DNA of 64,000 nt, from positions 247,793-311,792 of the forward strand of contig CBDANZ010000005.1 in NCBI GenBank assembly GCA_965197865.1. Direction: 5' to 3'. The position numbers and the translations under genes were made by a program. Every line of letters begins with the position of its first letter. Position 1 is the first letter of the stretch. Below are positions 47,970-58,361 of the stretch, one piece after another. The notes under the pieces are model-generated. The model worked only from the letters and a program-made list of their open reading frames with translations, did no database searches and was not told the DNA's origin. This stretch comes from Vicinamibacterales bacterium. Lineage in GTDB: Bacteria; Acidobacteriota; Vicinamibacteria; Vicinamibacterales; CAVVIG01.

Positions 47970-48668
47970 ATGAACGAAGCGCCGACGGCCAAGACCATTG
48001 CGACGCAGACGCACGGGCGGTACCTCGTTCATGCGCCGCCCCAAGAGGGCGCAGCGCCGGTGTTGGTCGGCTTTCACGGCTATATGGAGCACGCCGAGAA
48101 ACACCTTGCGGCGCTCCGCCGCATCGCGGGAGCTGACCACTGGCTGATTGTAGCGGTGCAGGGCTTGCATCGCTTCTACGACCCGAAACACGAGAGCGTG
48201 GTCGCGAGCTGGATGACGTCACAGGACCGCGAGCTGGCGATCGCCGACAACCTCGCCTATGTCGGGGCGGTCGTCGATCGGGTGACGCGCGACTACGACA
48301 CAGCTAGGCCCTTCGTCTACGCCGGGTTCTCGCAGGGGGTCGCGATGGCCTATCGCGCGGCGACACAGGGTCGCGGACAGGGGATCATCGCGCTTGCTGG
48401 GGACGTCCCACCGGATCTTAGGGAGGACCAGTCGGTCGCGTGGCCGCCCGTCCTCGTCGGGCGAGGCACGAGCGACACGTGGTACACGCAAGCCAAGATG
48501 GACAGAGATCTTGCGTTTCTTCGCACGACGGGCGCACGCGTCGACTCAATTGTGTTTGACGGCGCGCACGAGTGGACTGCCCCATTCACTGCTGCGGCCG
48601 GGCAATTCCTCGCGTCGGTGCGTCGAGTGCCGCTGTCGGTTCACGGTCCCCGACGAGAACGGGTGTGA
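47970..48668 (+). CDS. alpha/beta hydrolase (phospholipase/carboxylesterase-type)
   Basis: VLVGFHGY.., nucleophile elbow GFSQG, C-terminal ..FDGAHEW.. His. Confidence 0.75.
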   Translation: MNEAPTAKTIATQTHGRYLVHAPPQEGAAPVLVGFHGYMEHAEKHLAALRRIAGADHWLIVAVQGLHRFYDPKHESVVASWMTSQDRELAIADNLAYVGAVVDRVTRDYDTARPFVYAGFSQGVAMAYRAATQGRGQGIIALAGDVPPDLREDQSVAWPPVLVGRGTSDTWYTQAKMDRDLAFLRTTGARVDSIVFDGAHEWTAPFTAAAGQFLASVRRVPLSVHGPRRERV

Positions 48669-48838
48669 TATCCGATCCTGCCCGGTGGGCAGATGACGAC
48701 CTCTGCTCGCATCCCTCCCTTCGCGCTGAGGCATTTCCAGCTTTCCACACAGACTCCCGCCCGCTTGTGGCCCCCATCAGACGCGCCAAGGAACCCTGCA
48801 CAGGGAACCTTCCGTGTCTATAATCAGCGCCACCACCC

Positions 48839-50488
48839 GTGGTCCCCTGGCACGCCATTGACTCCGCGTCCACGACTCGCCGCGTGGTTCTGCTTTTCGC
48901 GGTCATCGGCCTCGGTTTCGGGGCGCGGGCGGCGACTTACAAGAGCCCCCTGCTCGATTACCATGCCTGGCGCCAGGCGGACACCGCAGCGATCGCCAGA
49001 AACTTCTACCGGGAACGTTTCAACCCGCTCTATCCTCAGATCGACCATAGCAGTCCGTGGTGAAAGTCCGTCTGCATTCGACGAGCGATGCATCCTCGTG
49101 GCCTGCGTTGCTCCTCCATCAAATACAGGCGGTATTCTCGGTCGTCGCGCCTTGCCCGCGAGGCGCCTCGCTCGTCTCGGTGCAGCGCCCGACTTTCACC
49201 ACGGACTGATAGGGGGGCGCTCGACGAGGGCTTCGTGGAAACGGGTTTCGAGCTGTTTGCCTTCTCCGTGGCCGCCATCTCTAGGCTCACCGGCGCCTTC
49301 CGTGTCGAATCGGGCCGGTTACTGAACTCGCTGCTCTTTATCGGATCATCGCTTCTGCTCTTCCGGTTCAGTCGTACACGGTACGGACCCTCGGTCGGCA
49401 TGGTCGCCCTTGCAGCGTATGCACTTGGGTTTCCGCTCTCCCTGTACATCGAGCGGAGCTTCGTGAACGAAGCCTCGTTGATCTTGATCACGTTTGTAGC
49501 GCTGCGCTCGGCCCAGTGTTACTTGGCGGATCACAGGGGCGGGCATTTGGCGGTCCTCGTCGTGTCGACGACTCTGATCGGGCTCATCAAGCTTCCCTGG
49601 CTCATCGTGTGGGCACCACTCTTCGGACTGCTTCTCGAAAGGGACGGCGCGCGCGCGTTGAGGCGGTGGGAGCCGTATGCGCTAGCCGCCGTTAACCTGG
49701 TCGGCGCCTGGTTCTGGTACTCCCACGCGCGTGAGCTCGGTCTGGCCACCGGTCTCAGCTTCGGCATGACTGACAAGCTGTTCGATGCCCAGCTCGTCGG
49801 GTCCCTGATGTTCCCGTTCCGCATCGCGGAACGGTTGACGAAAGACATCCTTGGCCCGGTCGGCATCCTGGCCGTCTGTGTGGGCCTTGTTGTGGCGTGG
49901 CGCTGCCGCGGCTGGTGCGAGGTGCTGGGGATGTGCGGGTTTGGCGCCTACCTAGTCATCGTCGCGAAGGGGAACGACGTACACGATTACTATCAGCTCC
50001 CCATCGTGCCCGTTGCCGCCGTCCTCGTCGGTTTGGGCGTAGTCAGTGCAATTCAGTGGCTCGGGGCGCGAAAGTACGTCGTCACCGACGATGGCCGACT
50101 GTGTGCCTACGCCGTCGTGATAGGCGTAATGCTCTTCAGCACGTGGCTCTGAGGAGTGAGCGCCCATTCGTGGTACGAGTACGACTGGCAGAAGCTCCAC
50201 TTGTGCGCGGCGGCCGAACGAGTGCTGAAAGACGACGACCGTGTGCTGTTCCTCGGTTACAACAACCCGGAGTTGCTGTTCTGCATGGACCGGCGGGGTT
50301 GGCTCTACGACGAGTCTCCTTCCAACGATAAGCAGCTGACAGAAGCCTGGAGAGTAGGGGCCGACGTGGCGGCGCTTCCCGCATCCTACACATTCGCGGA
50401 GGTTGCGAGGCGGATTCGTGAGAACGGGGAGGTCCTCGTTGCCAACGATGCCTTCAGCCTCTATCGGCTTCAACCGTTTCCAGAATAA
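48839..50488 (+). pseudogene. ArnT/PMT-like (GT39/GT83-type) membrane glycosyltransferase, split by MITE and carrying an in-frame TGA
   Basis: GTG 48839 ..LLDYHAWRQADTAAIARNFYRERFNPLYPQIDH | MITE | RGALDEGFVETGFELFAFSV.., multi-TM body. TGA 50150-50152 is followed in the same frame by 110 codons (..SAHSWYEYDW..MDRRGWLYDE..). Confidence 0.65.
49051..49208. mobile_element. 158-bp MITE (copy 2), ATAG target duplication
   Basis: Perfect 18-bp terminal inverted repeat CAGTCCGTGGTGAAAGTC / GACTTTCACCACGGACTG. ATAG at 49047-49050 and 49209-49212. Internal GC-rich stems (GACGAGCGA..TCGCTCGTC; GCGCCT..AGGCGC). Confidence 0.85.
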
Positions 50489-50543
50489 TCCTTCGTGGCT
50501 AGTCCAACGCCCTTGGTCAGCGGAGGGCCTTCCGTGCTCATGA

Positions 50544-50711
50544 TCAGCGCCACCACTCATGGGCATGTACGTGAATCTGCCGTGCAGCCGCGCTTCTCCG
50601 GTGGTCGCATCGTGCCGGCTTTCGATAGAAGAACGTAATAAGCTGTATCGCAAGGCCCGCGGCCACCAGCCATGCAGCTTTCTTGATTCTCTCCTCGAAA
50701 CTCTTGCCCAC
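50544..50711 (-). CDS. hypothetical single-TM small protein (55 aa)
   Basis: GTG 50709-50711 shares one base with the cytochrome TAG stop. VGKSFEERIKKAAWLVAAGLAIQLITFFYRK.. with a His-containing tail. Confidence 0.25.
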   Translation of the reverse strand: MGKSFEERIKKAAWLVAAGLAIQLITFFYRKPARCDHRRSAAARQIHVHAHEWWR

Positions 50712-51301
50712 TACTCGGCGCTCCCACTGACCCACATCTCGAGCCCGTCCAACTCGGTGACGTCGAGGGTCAGATCGTGGCACTCGAGGCAGGAGATCTC
50801 GTTGCTGGCGAGCTCGGCGCGCACGTCAAGGTGAATGTCGCTCTCGTCGAATATCTGGCCTCGCCGTGGCAGGATAGGCATTCTCGGTTCTGGTAGGGCT
50901 GGTAGAGCGAGAGCTCCTCCGGGATGGTGCCCAAAATAGTTGACATAGAGGTGCTTCCCGCCCGTGAGCTTGGCCTGGAGATCACCGAACATCGTGTAGG
51001 TCGTGTGACAGATCAAGCAAGCCGATTCCCGCGGCACCCGCTTGTCCTGAAAGTGATTGGCCGGCACGTGATCCGGGCTATCGATGAAGAGGCTCCGGCC
51101 ATAAGGCTCCATCACATGGCACGACAGGCAGAACCCCGTGGTCTTGGACTGCTCCATGTGCTCGGCCATCCCGAGAGAGAAGGCAGCCGTAGGCAGAACC
51201 AGGACGGCGAGGAAAGCGAGCACTCTGCCGCCTGTAATGGAGATGAGTGACGGACGGCGCACCAGTACACGGTCAGCCGATGAGCGTGAGGGTCGGTCCA
51301 T
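50711..51301 (-). CDS. NapC/NirT-family membrane-anchored multihaem cytochrome c (ORF open, but internal frame excursion suspected)
   Basis: TM anchor, CLSCH, CLICH and CLECH in frame. The expected additional motif (YQNRECLSCHG, 50863-50885) is in another frame between ~50850 and ~50935. Confidence 0.7.
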   Translation of the reverse strand: MDRPSRSSADRVLVRRPSLISITGGRVLAFLAVLVLPTAAFSLGMAEHMEQSKTTGFCLSCHVMEPYGRSLFIDSPDHVPANHFQDKRVPRESACLICHTTYTMFGDLQAKLTGGKHLYVNYFGHHPGGALALPALPEPRMPILPRRGQIFDESDIHLDVRAELASNEISCLECHDLTLDVTELDGLEMWVSGSAE

Positions 51302-51752
51302 TAATCGCACCTTACGCGCATGAGTGGTCGTCGTATTGATTTGCACCTTACGCCAACGGTCAGCAGTCGGGCTGGGCGCACAGAGAGATCATCGTTTCAT
51401 AGTTATCTGCAATCAGCCGGGCATCTGCCCTGTCGAATTTGGCAAGACTGCACTGGGGAAATGGAGAGGGCTCAGTGATGATGGACAAGACAGGAATCAG
51501 CGCCGAAGCACGCTTACGAACATCAAGAACGGTGTCCTCGCTCGCCGAAACCGCGTCAGAACGGGCGGTATTATTACAAGGGCCAAGAGGGGAAGCACTG
51601 CTATCATCCACGGTTGCTCGGCATCGTTCGTCAGCGGAAAGACATCACTCCAGCTCGTCGATGTGGCTGATGTTGGGGGTGATTCAGCGAGGCGAGGACT
51701 TTGACCTATAACTCCAGTCGAGCCGATGATTTTGTAACTGCAATCAGCGCAC

Positions 51753-53843
51753 TTACGGTCCGGATGAGCGTTTGCCAATCAGGTTTCGCTCGGCCCCCTC
51801 GACGATCCGCTTCACGTCCTCCTCGAGTAGCAGCCGATCCTCTAACAAACGACTCGCCGCCTCCTTCACCTTTTCCACGTAAGCTTCCTGGTTCCGATAG
51901 CGCTCTTCGATGGACAGGCGAGGATCTCCCGAAGCCTCGCGTTCGGCTCGAGTCTCCGCAAAGGGGATATAGGATCCGGTATTCGAGCAGAGCTCCCCCT
52001 CCGCGGATCCCTCCCGACGGTGATTCCAGCCCAGGTACGTCGCTCGCGGCACCTCCACGGCCGGCATCCGGATGCCGGCCACGTCGTTTCCATCCGCATC
52101 GACCTTTGGAACGAAGACTCGGTACTCCTTTCCTTCCTTGGGAGGCTGTACGCTGTAGTCCGTCACCCGCAGCCGGTTTACGCGTCCGTTGTAAGTGAGT
52201 TTCGGAATCGAAGGAAAGTTCCTACTCCCTGGTTCGGGCGTGACAAGCGTGCCCTCGGCGCGCGATGGAAAGCGGCTGTCGGCAGGCTCAACACCTGCAC
52301 TCACCCAGCGGTCCAACGCATGGAGCAGCGCCCGCATCGGCGCTCCCGCATGCAGTGGGTTGCTTAGCTGCTGACAGTTGCGAGTCGGTCGTGGAACCGC
52401 GTCAATCAAGTTCCCGTGGGGTGCGCTTGCGATGAGGTAGGCGCGCACATTCGCAGGAAGCTCGATGTCGGCGCCGGTAGTGTCAGTGACCACCAGCGAC
52501 GAACGCGCCTGCCAGAACTCGGTGCCCGTATCGGTGTGCAAGACCTTCGGGCAGTTGTCTGCTTCCAGACATCGAGCCAGGATCCCGTCTCGTTTTCCCG
52601 TGAGAGGGTCGGTCAACACGCCGTAGGTAAAGGGGAACTGATCGCCGGGCGTTAGGTGCGTCTGGTGCTGTCCGGAATAGCGGCCTGGCTGGGCCCAACG
52701 GTAGTTCGTAAACATCTTCCGTGAGCCGGCCACGTGAGGGATGATTCCCTCAAAGACCATCCGCTCTTGTTCGTCTTCGTTGAATCCCTGATAGAGAAAG
52801 TCTCGAAGAAAGCGTCCACTCTGGGACCTCCCGAAGGCATACGCGTACCGGATGGCCGGACTGCCATTTAGTGCAAGCGGATTGGGATTCCCCAGCGGGT
52901 CGGATTTTTCCCGCCGCAGGAAGGAGACCACGTCCCGGGTCGAGGCAAAGGCGAGGCCCATCACGACCGGATCGCGGGCGGGATAAGTGAACTCATAGAT
53001 GGCACCGCTGTCGAAACCGACCGGACGGTGAATCACGATCTGGTTCGGACTGGTCGCCGTCACTCCGGCTCGGGCGACGACGAAATACTCGAAGGACAGA
53101 TCGGAGGGAGTCACCCGCGGATCGCGTTCGTTCTGCCGTACGGTGAGGGTCGCCTTCGTGGGGTCGAGGTCCGCGGCCGGATAGCTCAAGTTGGCGACGA
53201 AGGGATTGTAGTCGTGCTCGAAGATGAACTCGTCCCGGTTCGTTCCGGTAACACCTCTCAGAATGGGCACCTCGAGCGTCATCCGCTCTTGGCTGGGCGG
53301 AACGTCCCCCTGCCAGCCCGACCAGACTACCGTGTACCCTTCGCGCATCAGATACCCGTTTCCAGCGTCGGCCGCGGCGGTGAGATCATTACCTCGTGGC
53401 GCGTCGTTGAAGAACCCCAAGCTGAGTTTTCTCCCCCGGTTGACGACCTCATAGAAGATCCGGCCGTTACCCTGTGCTAGATGGACGGGCTTCAAGATCA
53501 CGACGTCGGTCACGAACTCGACCCGTTCCGCGGCATTCCGTGGCACCAGCTGCAGATCGACAACACCGGCATTATGCTGGTCAGTGGGATCGACCTCGAG
53601 GAAAGCCCGAGCCACGACCTTTTCGTATCGGCCGACGCTGCCGAACTCTCTTCCCTCGAAGGTCGGTGACTCGACCTCGAGGACCTCGAAACGGACGACC
53701 TCGGCCTCGGCGTAGACCGAGAATAGGAAAAAGAGGACCACGATGAGGGTCGCGCGCAGGAAGCGCAAGCGACCCGGTCTAACGTGCCATTGGTTCGTCA
53801 CTGCTCTTCTCCTCCGCGAGGGGTCTAAATTATCTACCTTCAC
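51753..53843 (-). CDS. secreted/anchored hypothetical protein (696 aa), alpha/beta-hydrolase-domain-like
   Basis: N-terminal anchor LRATLIVVLFFLFSVYAEA. Long uninterrupted ORF with coding-like composition. Resemblance to the 'alpha/beta hydrolase domain' family is from memory only. Confidence 0.6.
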   Translation of the reverse strand: MKVDNLDPSRRRRAVTNQWHVRPGRLRFLRATLIVVLFFLFSVYAEAEVVRFEVLEVESPTFEGREFGSVGRYEKVVARAFLEVDPTDQHNAGVVDLQLVPRNAAERVEFVTDVVILKPVHLAQGNGRIFYEVVNRGRKLSLGFFNDAPRGNDLTAAADAGNGYLMREGYTVVWSGWQGDVPPSQERMTLEVPILRGVTGTNRDEFIFEHDYNPFVANLSYPAADLDPTKATLTVRQNERDPRVTPSDLSFEYFVVARAGVTATSPNQIVIHRPVGFDSGAIYEFTYPARDPVVMGLAFASTRDVVSFLRREKSDPLGNPNPLALNGSPAIRYAYAFGRSQSGRFLRDFLYQGFNEDEQERMVFEGIIPHVAGSRKMFTNYRWAQPGRYSGQHQTHLTPGDQFPFTYGVLTDPLTGKRDGILARCLEADNCPKVLHTDTGTEFWQARSSLVVTDTTGADIELPANVRAYLIASAPHGNLIDAVPRPTRNCQQLSNPLHAGAPMRALLHALDRWVSAGVEPADSRFPSRAEGTLVTPEPGSRNFPSIPKLTYNGRVNRLRVTDYSVQPPKEGKEYRVFVPKVDADGNDVAGIRMPAVEVPRATYLGWNHRREGSAEGELCSNTGSYIPFAETRAEREASGDPRLSIEERYRNQEAYVEKVKEAASRLLEDRLLLEEDVKRIVEGAERNLIGKRSSGP

Positions 53844-54365
53844 TGCTACATGCGCGGGCGGGACATTGCGGCGCTCAGCTTGACCACCCCGCCTTGGGTC
53901 TGGCGAAGTAATGCCTCACCGTGCTGACAAGTTCCTCGGACACTGGCGACCTCCCCCTGACGACTGGGAAGCGTCACGCGACACGTGAGTCCACGCTGCC
54001 TATGCATAGGGCCGAGGCGAGTGCCGGGGGAAAGGGCCATGGGTCGTGAATGCCCGGATTATACGGCTGGGTGCCGAGAAAAGGCGGCTTCGAAGGCAGG
54101 GGTTCTTAGGGGTGCTGGAAATTCGCCTTGGGCCCGATCTGTTGGGGGAAGCCTTGCATGCGCCGCCTCCCGAATCGCTCGTGTCGCTTTGCTGGTCGCC
54201 CCACGGCGTAGCCTCAGGGTTCCCCTTGACGAATTGCCCCTTGGCGTTCTTGGCACATTTGGCCATATGCGCCGCAAAACCTCCGTCAATTACGGGATGC
54301 CCTCTAGGCAGGTTAGGGCGGCAGGAGCTACCGATTCAAAAAAGGCAGCCGGTCCCGACCGCAGT

Positions 54366-55176
54366 CTACGTCTCGTTCTCCCCGAGCTTGGTCCGGGCGT
54401 CGTTCAGCATCGCGACGAGGGCGGCCCGGGCCTCCTCCGGGGTGCGGACCGGTGCAGGAAACGCCAGACGGACGGGTCGCGGTCCTTCGGCGGTCACGGC
54501 CGACACCTCGAAGCCGTAGCGGTCGACACTCGTCATGCTGGCGGCGTTGATGTCGGTTGCCTTCGAGAACGCCTTGCAGTAGAGCGCCATCGCGTCGGTG
54601 TGGTCGTCGTTCATGTGCGCGATGACACCGCCGGCAGCCGTGGCCAGCGGGTCCGGCTCGGCGGCGTGCCAGTCCGCCGCGTCGACCCAGGACATCCGCC
54701 CGTAGCCCCCGATGTAGCGGATCGATTCCACCTTCAGCTTCCAGAACGCGAAGTCGCCGAAGTCCAGGTAATACCCGGCGTTCGGGTGCGTGGCGAGAAA
54801 CGCGGCGCGCGCGCTGCCGCCGTCGCCCTTGACCTGCGCGCAGGGACCAAGCAACGTCACGCGCCCGTTCGCAAGTGGGTCCTCGGAGCCGCCCTCGGCT
54901 ACCAGAAGCGACGCTCGTGGGTCCCGCTGCAGGTTCCCTGGTGTGCTCGGCCATCGTGCTCACTAGAAACACCGGGTTGCCGTCGTCGAAGGCGACGGTC
55001 ACGAACGAGCCGTAGGGGTAGCCCTTCGGCTCGGCCGCCAGCGTGCAGAGGGTGCCGGTCTTGATCTGTGCTACCAGGGTCCGAGCCCGTTCGGCATGGC
55101 TCGGTGTCGGGATATTGACGTCATACAGCGGTCTTGGCGCGTCACCTGACGGCCGGGCGTGGGCATCGTTGGTCAT
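54366..55176 (-). pseudogene. HugZ-like pyridoxamine-5'-phosphate-oxidase-fold / DUF2470 protein, frameshifted
   Basis: ATG 55176 ..PSHAERARTLVAQIKTGTLCTLAAEPKGYPYGSFV..STMAEHTR, one extra base in a GGG/CCC run (54936-54938), then NLQRDPRASLLVAEGGSEDPLANGRVTLLGPCAQV..DFAFWKLKVESIRYIGGYGRMSWV..IAHMNDDH.. Confidence 0.75.
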
Positions 55177-55596
55177 CGGCAGCCTTGAGTGTTGTCGTAG
55201 CGGCAGAGAGTGATGAAGCGGCTGGTCGTCGTCACATGGTAGTGTCCACTCCACATTATTCATCAAACGCGCTTAAGGCGCACAGTGGCTACGCCTGCGA
55301 TTCATACAGAGTCGTACTGATTCAGTTGGGGCCGGTGTTATCGGCCTGTGTAAGGAGTCGTTCTCTTACCACTTCACGTTCGAGACTAATTCTGCCTGCG
55401 GACGTGAATGAACTTGCCTCTCTGACCGTACCAACGGCTGATGGCATAGCGACCGTCTGAACGCGGGTGACGACAGTTGTGTCGTATGTTGTCTTTGTCA
55501 GGTCAAGCGCTACGTAGCGAACATATCGGCGCGGCACGCGGCTCACTTGGCCCGTTAGCCGGACTGAAGTGTCTCGAAGAGTGAGGAAGGGTTCGA

Positions 55597-56250
55597 ATGT
55601 CTCTTCTGAAATCTTCCAGCGTGACGATCCTGTTCTCCATCGTACTTGCGTTCGGCGCATGGCAGGCAGCCTGGGCACAGACGACGGAAGAACGTTGGCG
55701 GGCCTACTTGGCGCGACAAACGGCCTTGCATTGGAGGTCCCCATGGTTGATGTCCATACCAGGCTTGTCGGTAATCGCGACGCCATCGTCGATCTCGTCG
55801 CCGCCGCGGAAAAGTTGGGAGGGGTATGGACAGTAACCCCGAGCGCCAGGAAAATGGTCGCCAAGTCAACTCGTAGAGCATGTCGCGCGTTCTCTTGACG
55901 AATCGGCGAACCTCGTGTCTGGTGCGCCGTCGAAACTTCCAAGCTTGCCGTTTTTTCTGCGACCTGTGGCGAGAGGCCTTTTCTTTAATCGAGTCCTGAG
56001 AAAAAGCGCCTTTCCGAAGACGAGAGCCAACAAAGCGATGGATCCTGCCAGCGGACCGGCCACGCCGGCCGAGGGCCGCCTCCGTCTCGAGGGTGCGCTC
56101 GCAAGGTTCGATCGCGAATGCCGCGCTTGCGTGGACACGGGCGGAGCCGTGGCAAGCGCGGGGTTCGGCACGGTGTCGGTTGGAGACTACGCGCGATTCG
56201 TCGAGCTACACACACGCCATCATTGCAAACAAATACTGGGAACAACGTAA
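55597..56250 (+). pseudogene. DinB-superfamily protein with signal peptide, at least two frameshifts
   Basis: MSLLKSSSVTILFSIVLAFGAWQAAWAQ / ..AIVDLVAAAEKLGGVWTVTPSA / KWSPSQLVEHVARSLDESANLV.. / ..VGDYARFVELHTRHHCKQILG, spread over three frames. One shift lies in an A-run near 55850. Confidence 0.55.
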
Positions 56251-56489
56251 TACCCGGTGGCGAGCCAGCGAACAACCGAATGAGGGTTCGTCGTGACCAA
56301 TTCGATACACCTGTGAGGCATTGTCAAGTTGACGAGAAGAGGGCATGCTGATCCACTTTCTCCGCCAGTTCATTCTGCCTTTCCTCTAAGGTATTGCCGA
56401 CCAACAGCTTCTCGTCCTCGCCCTTCTGTTGATCGTCCGAGTGACACGTTTGAGTGACGCATCGGCCCTGGCGTTTGGGATCAGGCTCG

Positions 56490-57497
56490 TTAACTTGCGA
56501 ACAACCGCGAGGAGGTGCTCGGGAACGCCGTCACGGTGATGACGATTTTTCCTCGAGCGTACCCCTCTTCCAGATAGCGGATCGCCTCGGGGACCTTGCT
56601 CAGCGGGTAGGTCATGTCGATGACCGGTGTGACCTTCCCGGATTCAATGAGCTTCTTCAAGAACCGCAGATCCTCCCTGCTCCGTTCCATCGAGAACAGC
56701 GAGCGGAGCTTCTGGCGCACGAACGGCGACAACATGAGTGCCAGGAGTTGGCGACCCACTCCGAACCACCGTCCGCCCCCTTCTCCTCCGATGATCACGA
56801 GAGTCCCCTGGGGGCTGAGGGCGCGTCTGAGGTGTGACAACGAACGATTGCCCGCCGCGTCGAGGATGACGTCGTAGTGCTGTCGACCATTGGCGAAGTC
56901 CTCCCGGGTGTAATCAATGGCATGGTCAGCGCCGATCGATCGAACCAGGTCCGTCTTCGTTGTGCTGCAGACGCCGGTGACTTCTGCTCCGAACGCCTTG
57001 GCGATCTGCACCGCGAACGTCCCCACGCCTCCTGCCGCACCGATGATCAACACTTTCTGCCCTGACTTCACCTTTCCCGCGTCGCGAAGACCCTCGAGGG
57101 CGGTGACAGCGGAGTCAGGGACGGCCGCCGCCTGCTCGAAGGTGAGGTCTGCCGGCTTCCCCACGAACTTGTCCTCTCGAGCACACGCGTACTCGGCGAA
57201 GGAGCCGTTGCAGGTACCGAATACCTCATCGCCCGGCTGAAATTGGGTCACATTCTTCCCGACCGCCTCGACGCGTCCTGCGACGTCCTCTCCAGCAACC
57301 CTGTTCTTAGGCTTGCGGAGCCCAGAGCCCAGGCGTATCAGGTACGGTAGGTCCGTCATGAGATGCCGCGCCCCAGGACTGACGCCAGCCGCGTGAACAC
57401 GTACCAACACGTCGTGATCCCCGACCCCCGGCTTGTCGATGTCCCTGAGTTTCAGGACGTCTGGTGAGCCGTACGTGTCGTGGACGATTGCTTTCAC
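56490..57497 (-). CDS. NAD(P)-dependent medium-chain dehydrogenase/reductase (quinone oxidoreductase-like)
   Basis: MKAIVHDTYGSPDVLKLRDIDKP..VLVRVHAAGV.., Rossmann GAAGGVGTFAVQIAK. 335 aa. Confidence 0.9.
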   Translation of the reverse strand: MKAIVHDTYGSPDVLKLRDIDKPGVGDHDVLVRVHAAGVSPGARHLMTDLPYLIRLGSGLRKPKNRVAGEDVAGRVEAVGKNVTQFQPGDEVFGTCNGSFAEYACAREDKFVGKPADLTFEQAAAVPDSAVTALEGLRDAGKVKSGQKVLIIGAAGGVGTFAVQIAKAFGAEVTGVCSTTKTDLVRSIGADHAIDYTREDFANGRQHYDVILDAAGNRSLSHLRRALSPQGTLVIIGGEGGGRWFGVGRQLLALMLSPFVRQKLRSLFSMERSREDLRFLKKLIESGKVTPVIDMTYPLSKVPEAIRYLEEGYARGKIVITVTAFPSTSSRLFAS

Positions 57498-57564
57498 GGG
57501 GTTCTCCTGATCTGTCGCGGGGGTGGATATGGTATGCCTTTCGGTGTGTATGTGGAAGCAACCC

Positions 57565-57578
57565 CCAATCTAGATTGG
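57565..57578. promoter_or_regulatory. 14-bp perfect palindrome CCAATCTAGATTGG in divergent intergenic region
   Basis: Read directly. Lies between the divergently oriented reductase (57497) and methyltransferase (57659) genes. Confidence 0.25.
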
Positions 57579-57658
57579 TCGCGATGAGCGCCGTGCTGAT
57601 TGGCGATTCCCCGCGTAAGAGGAAGCTGATGGCATTGTAAAGCGACGCGCCCGGTCTG

Positions 57659-58096
57659 GTGGTTCCTCCCCCGGTCATCTATCTTCCGGCGGTCGTGCTG
57701 GGCTTCCTGACGGACCGGCTCTGGTCCGTCGCGTTCCTCCCGGATGTGCTGCAGTATGTGTTGGGAGGGGCGCTCATCGCGATGAGCCTCGCGATCATGC
57801 CATGGGTCTTGCGCGAGTTCGCCAAAGCGGGGACACACTTCGACGCCCGCAAACTCGTCGTGGCGCTCATCACGGGTGGTCCGTTCCGATTCTCGCGCAA
57901 TCCGTCATACGTCGCGATGACTCTGCTCTGTATGGGTGTCGCGGTCGTCACCGATACGCTGTGGATTCTCTTGTGGCTGGTGCCGGCGGTGCTGATACTT
58001 GATGTTGCCGTCATCCGGCGTGAGGAGCGATTCTTGGACCAGAAATTCGGCGAGGTCTATCGTGACTGCACGCATCGGGTCCGACGATGGCTGTGA
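57659..58096 (+). CDS. isoprenylcysteine carboxyl / phospholipid methyltransferase-family membrane protein
   Basis: ..ITGGPFRFSRNPSYVAMTLLCMG..VIRREERFLDQKFGEVY.. typical ICMT/PEMT core. 145 aa. Confidence 0.75.
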   Translation: MVPPPVIYLPAVVLGFLTDRLWSVAFLPDVLQYVLGGALIAMSLAIMPWVLREFAKAGTHFDARKLVVALITGGPFRFSRNPSYVAMTLLCMGVAVVTDTLWILLWLVPAVLILDVAVIRREERFLDQKFGEVYRDCTHRVRRWL

Positions 58097-58361
58097 AGGG
58101 CCATCCAGCCAGGATGGTCCCGGTCTCTTCCGGCCTAAGGAATTGCGCGTCGACGCAACTTCAACTAAATGCAACGGCGTCAGAAGTAATCTGTCCGACG
58201 ATATCATAGAGACGGCTAGAAGGCCGAGGCGTAGCTCACGATCATCGGCTGACCGTGTACTCCAGAAGAACGATCCCGGACTTCGGGTACACGCGTTCCT
58301 TGCGCAATGCTAGCTTGGTCGGCGAGACTGGCGAGGGAAGCATCTTAACGAGGAGGTTCGG

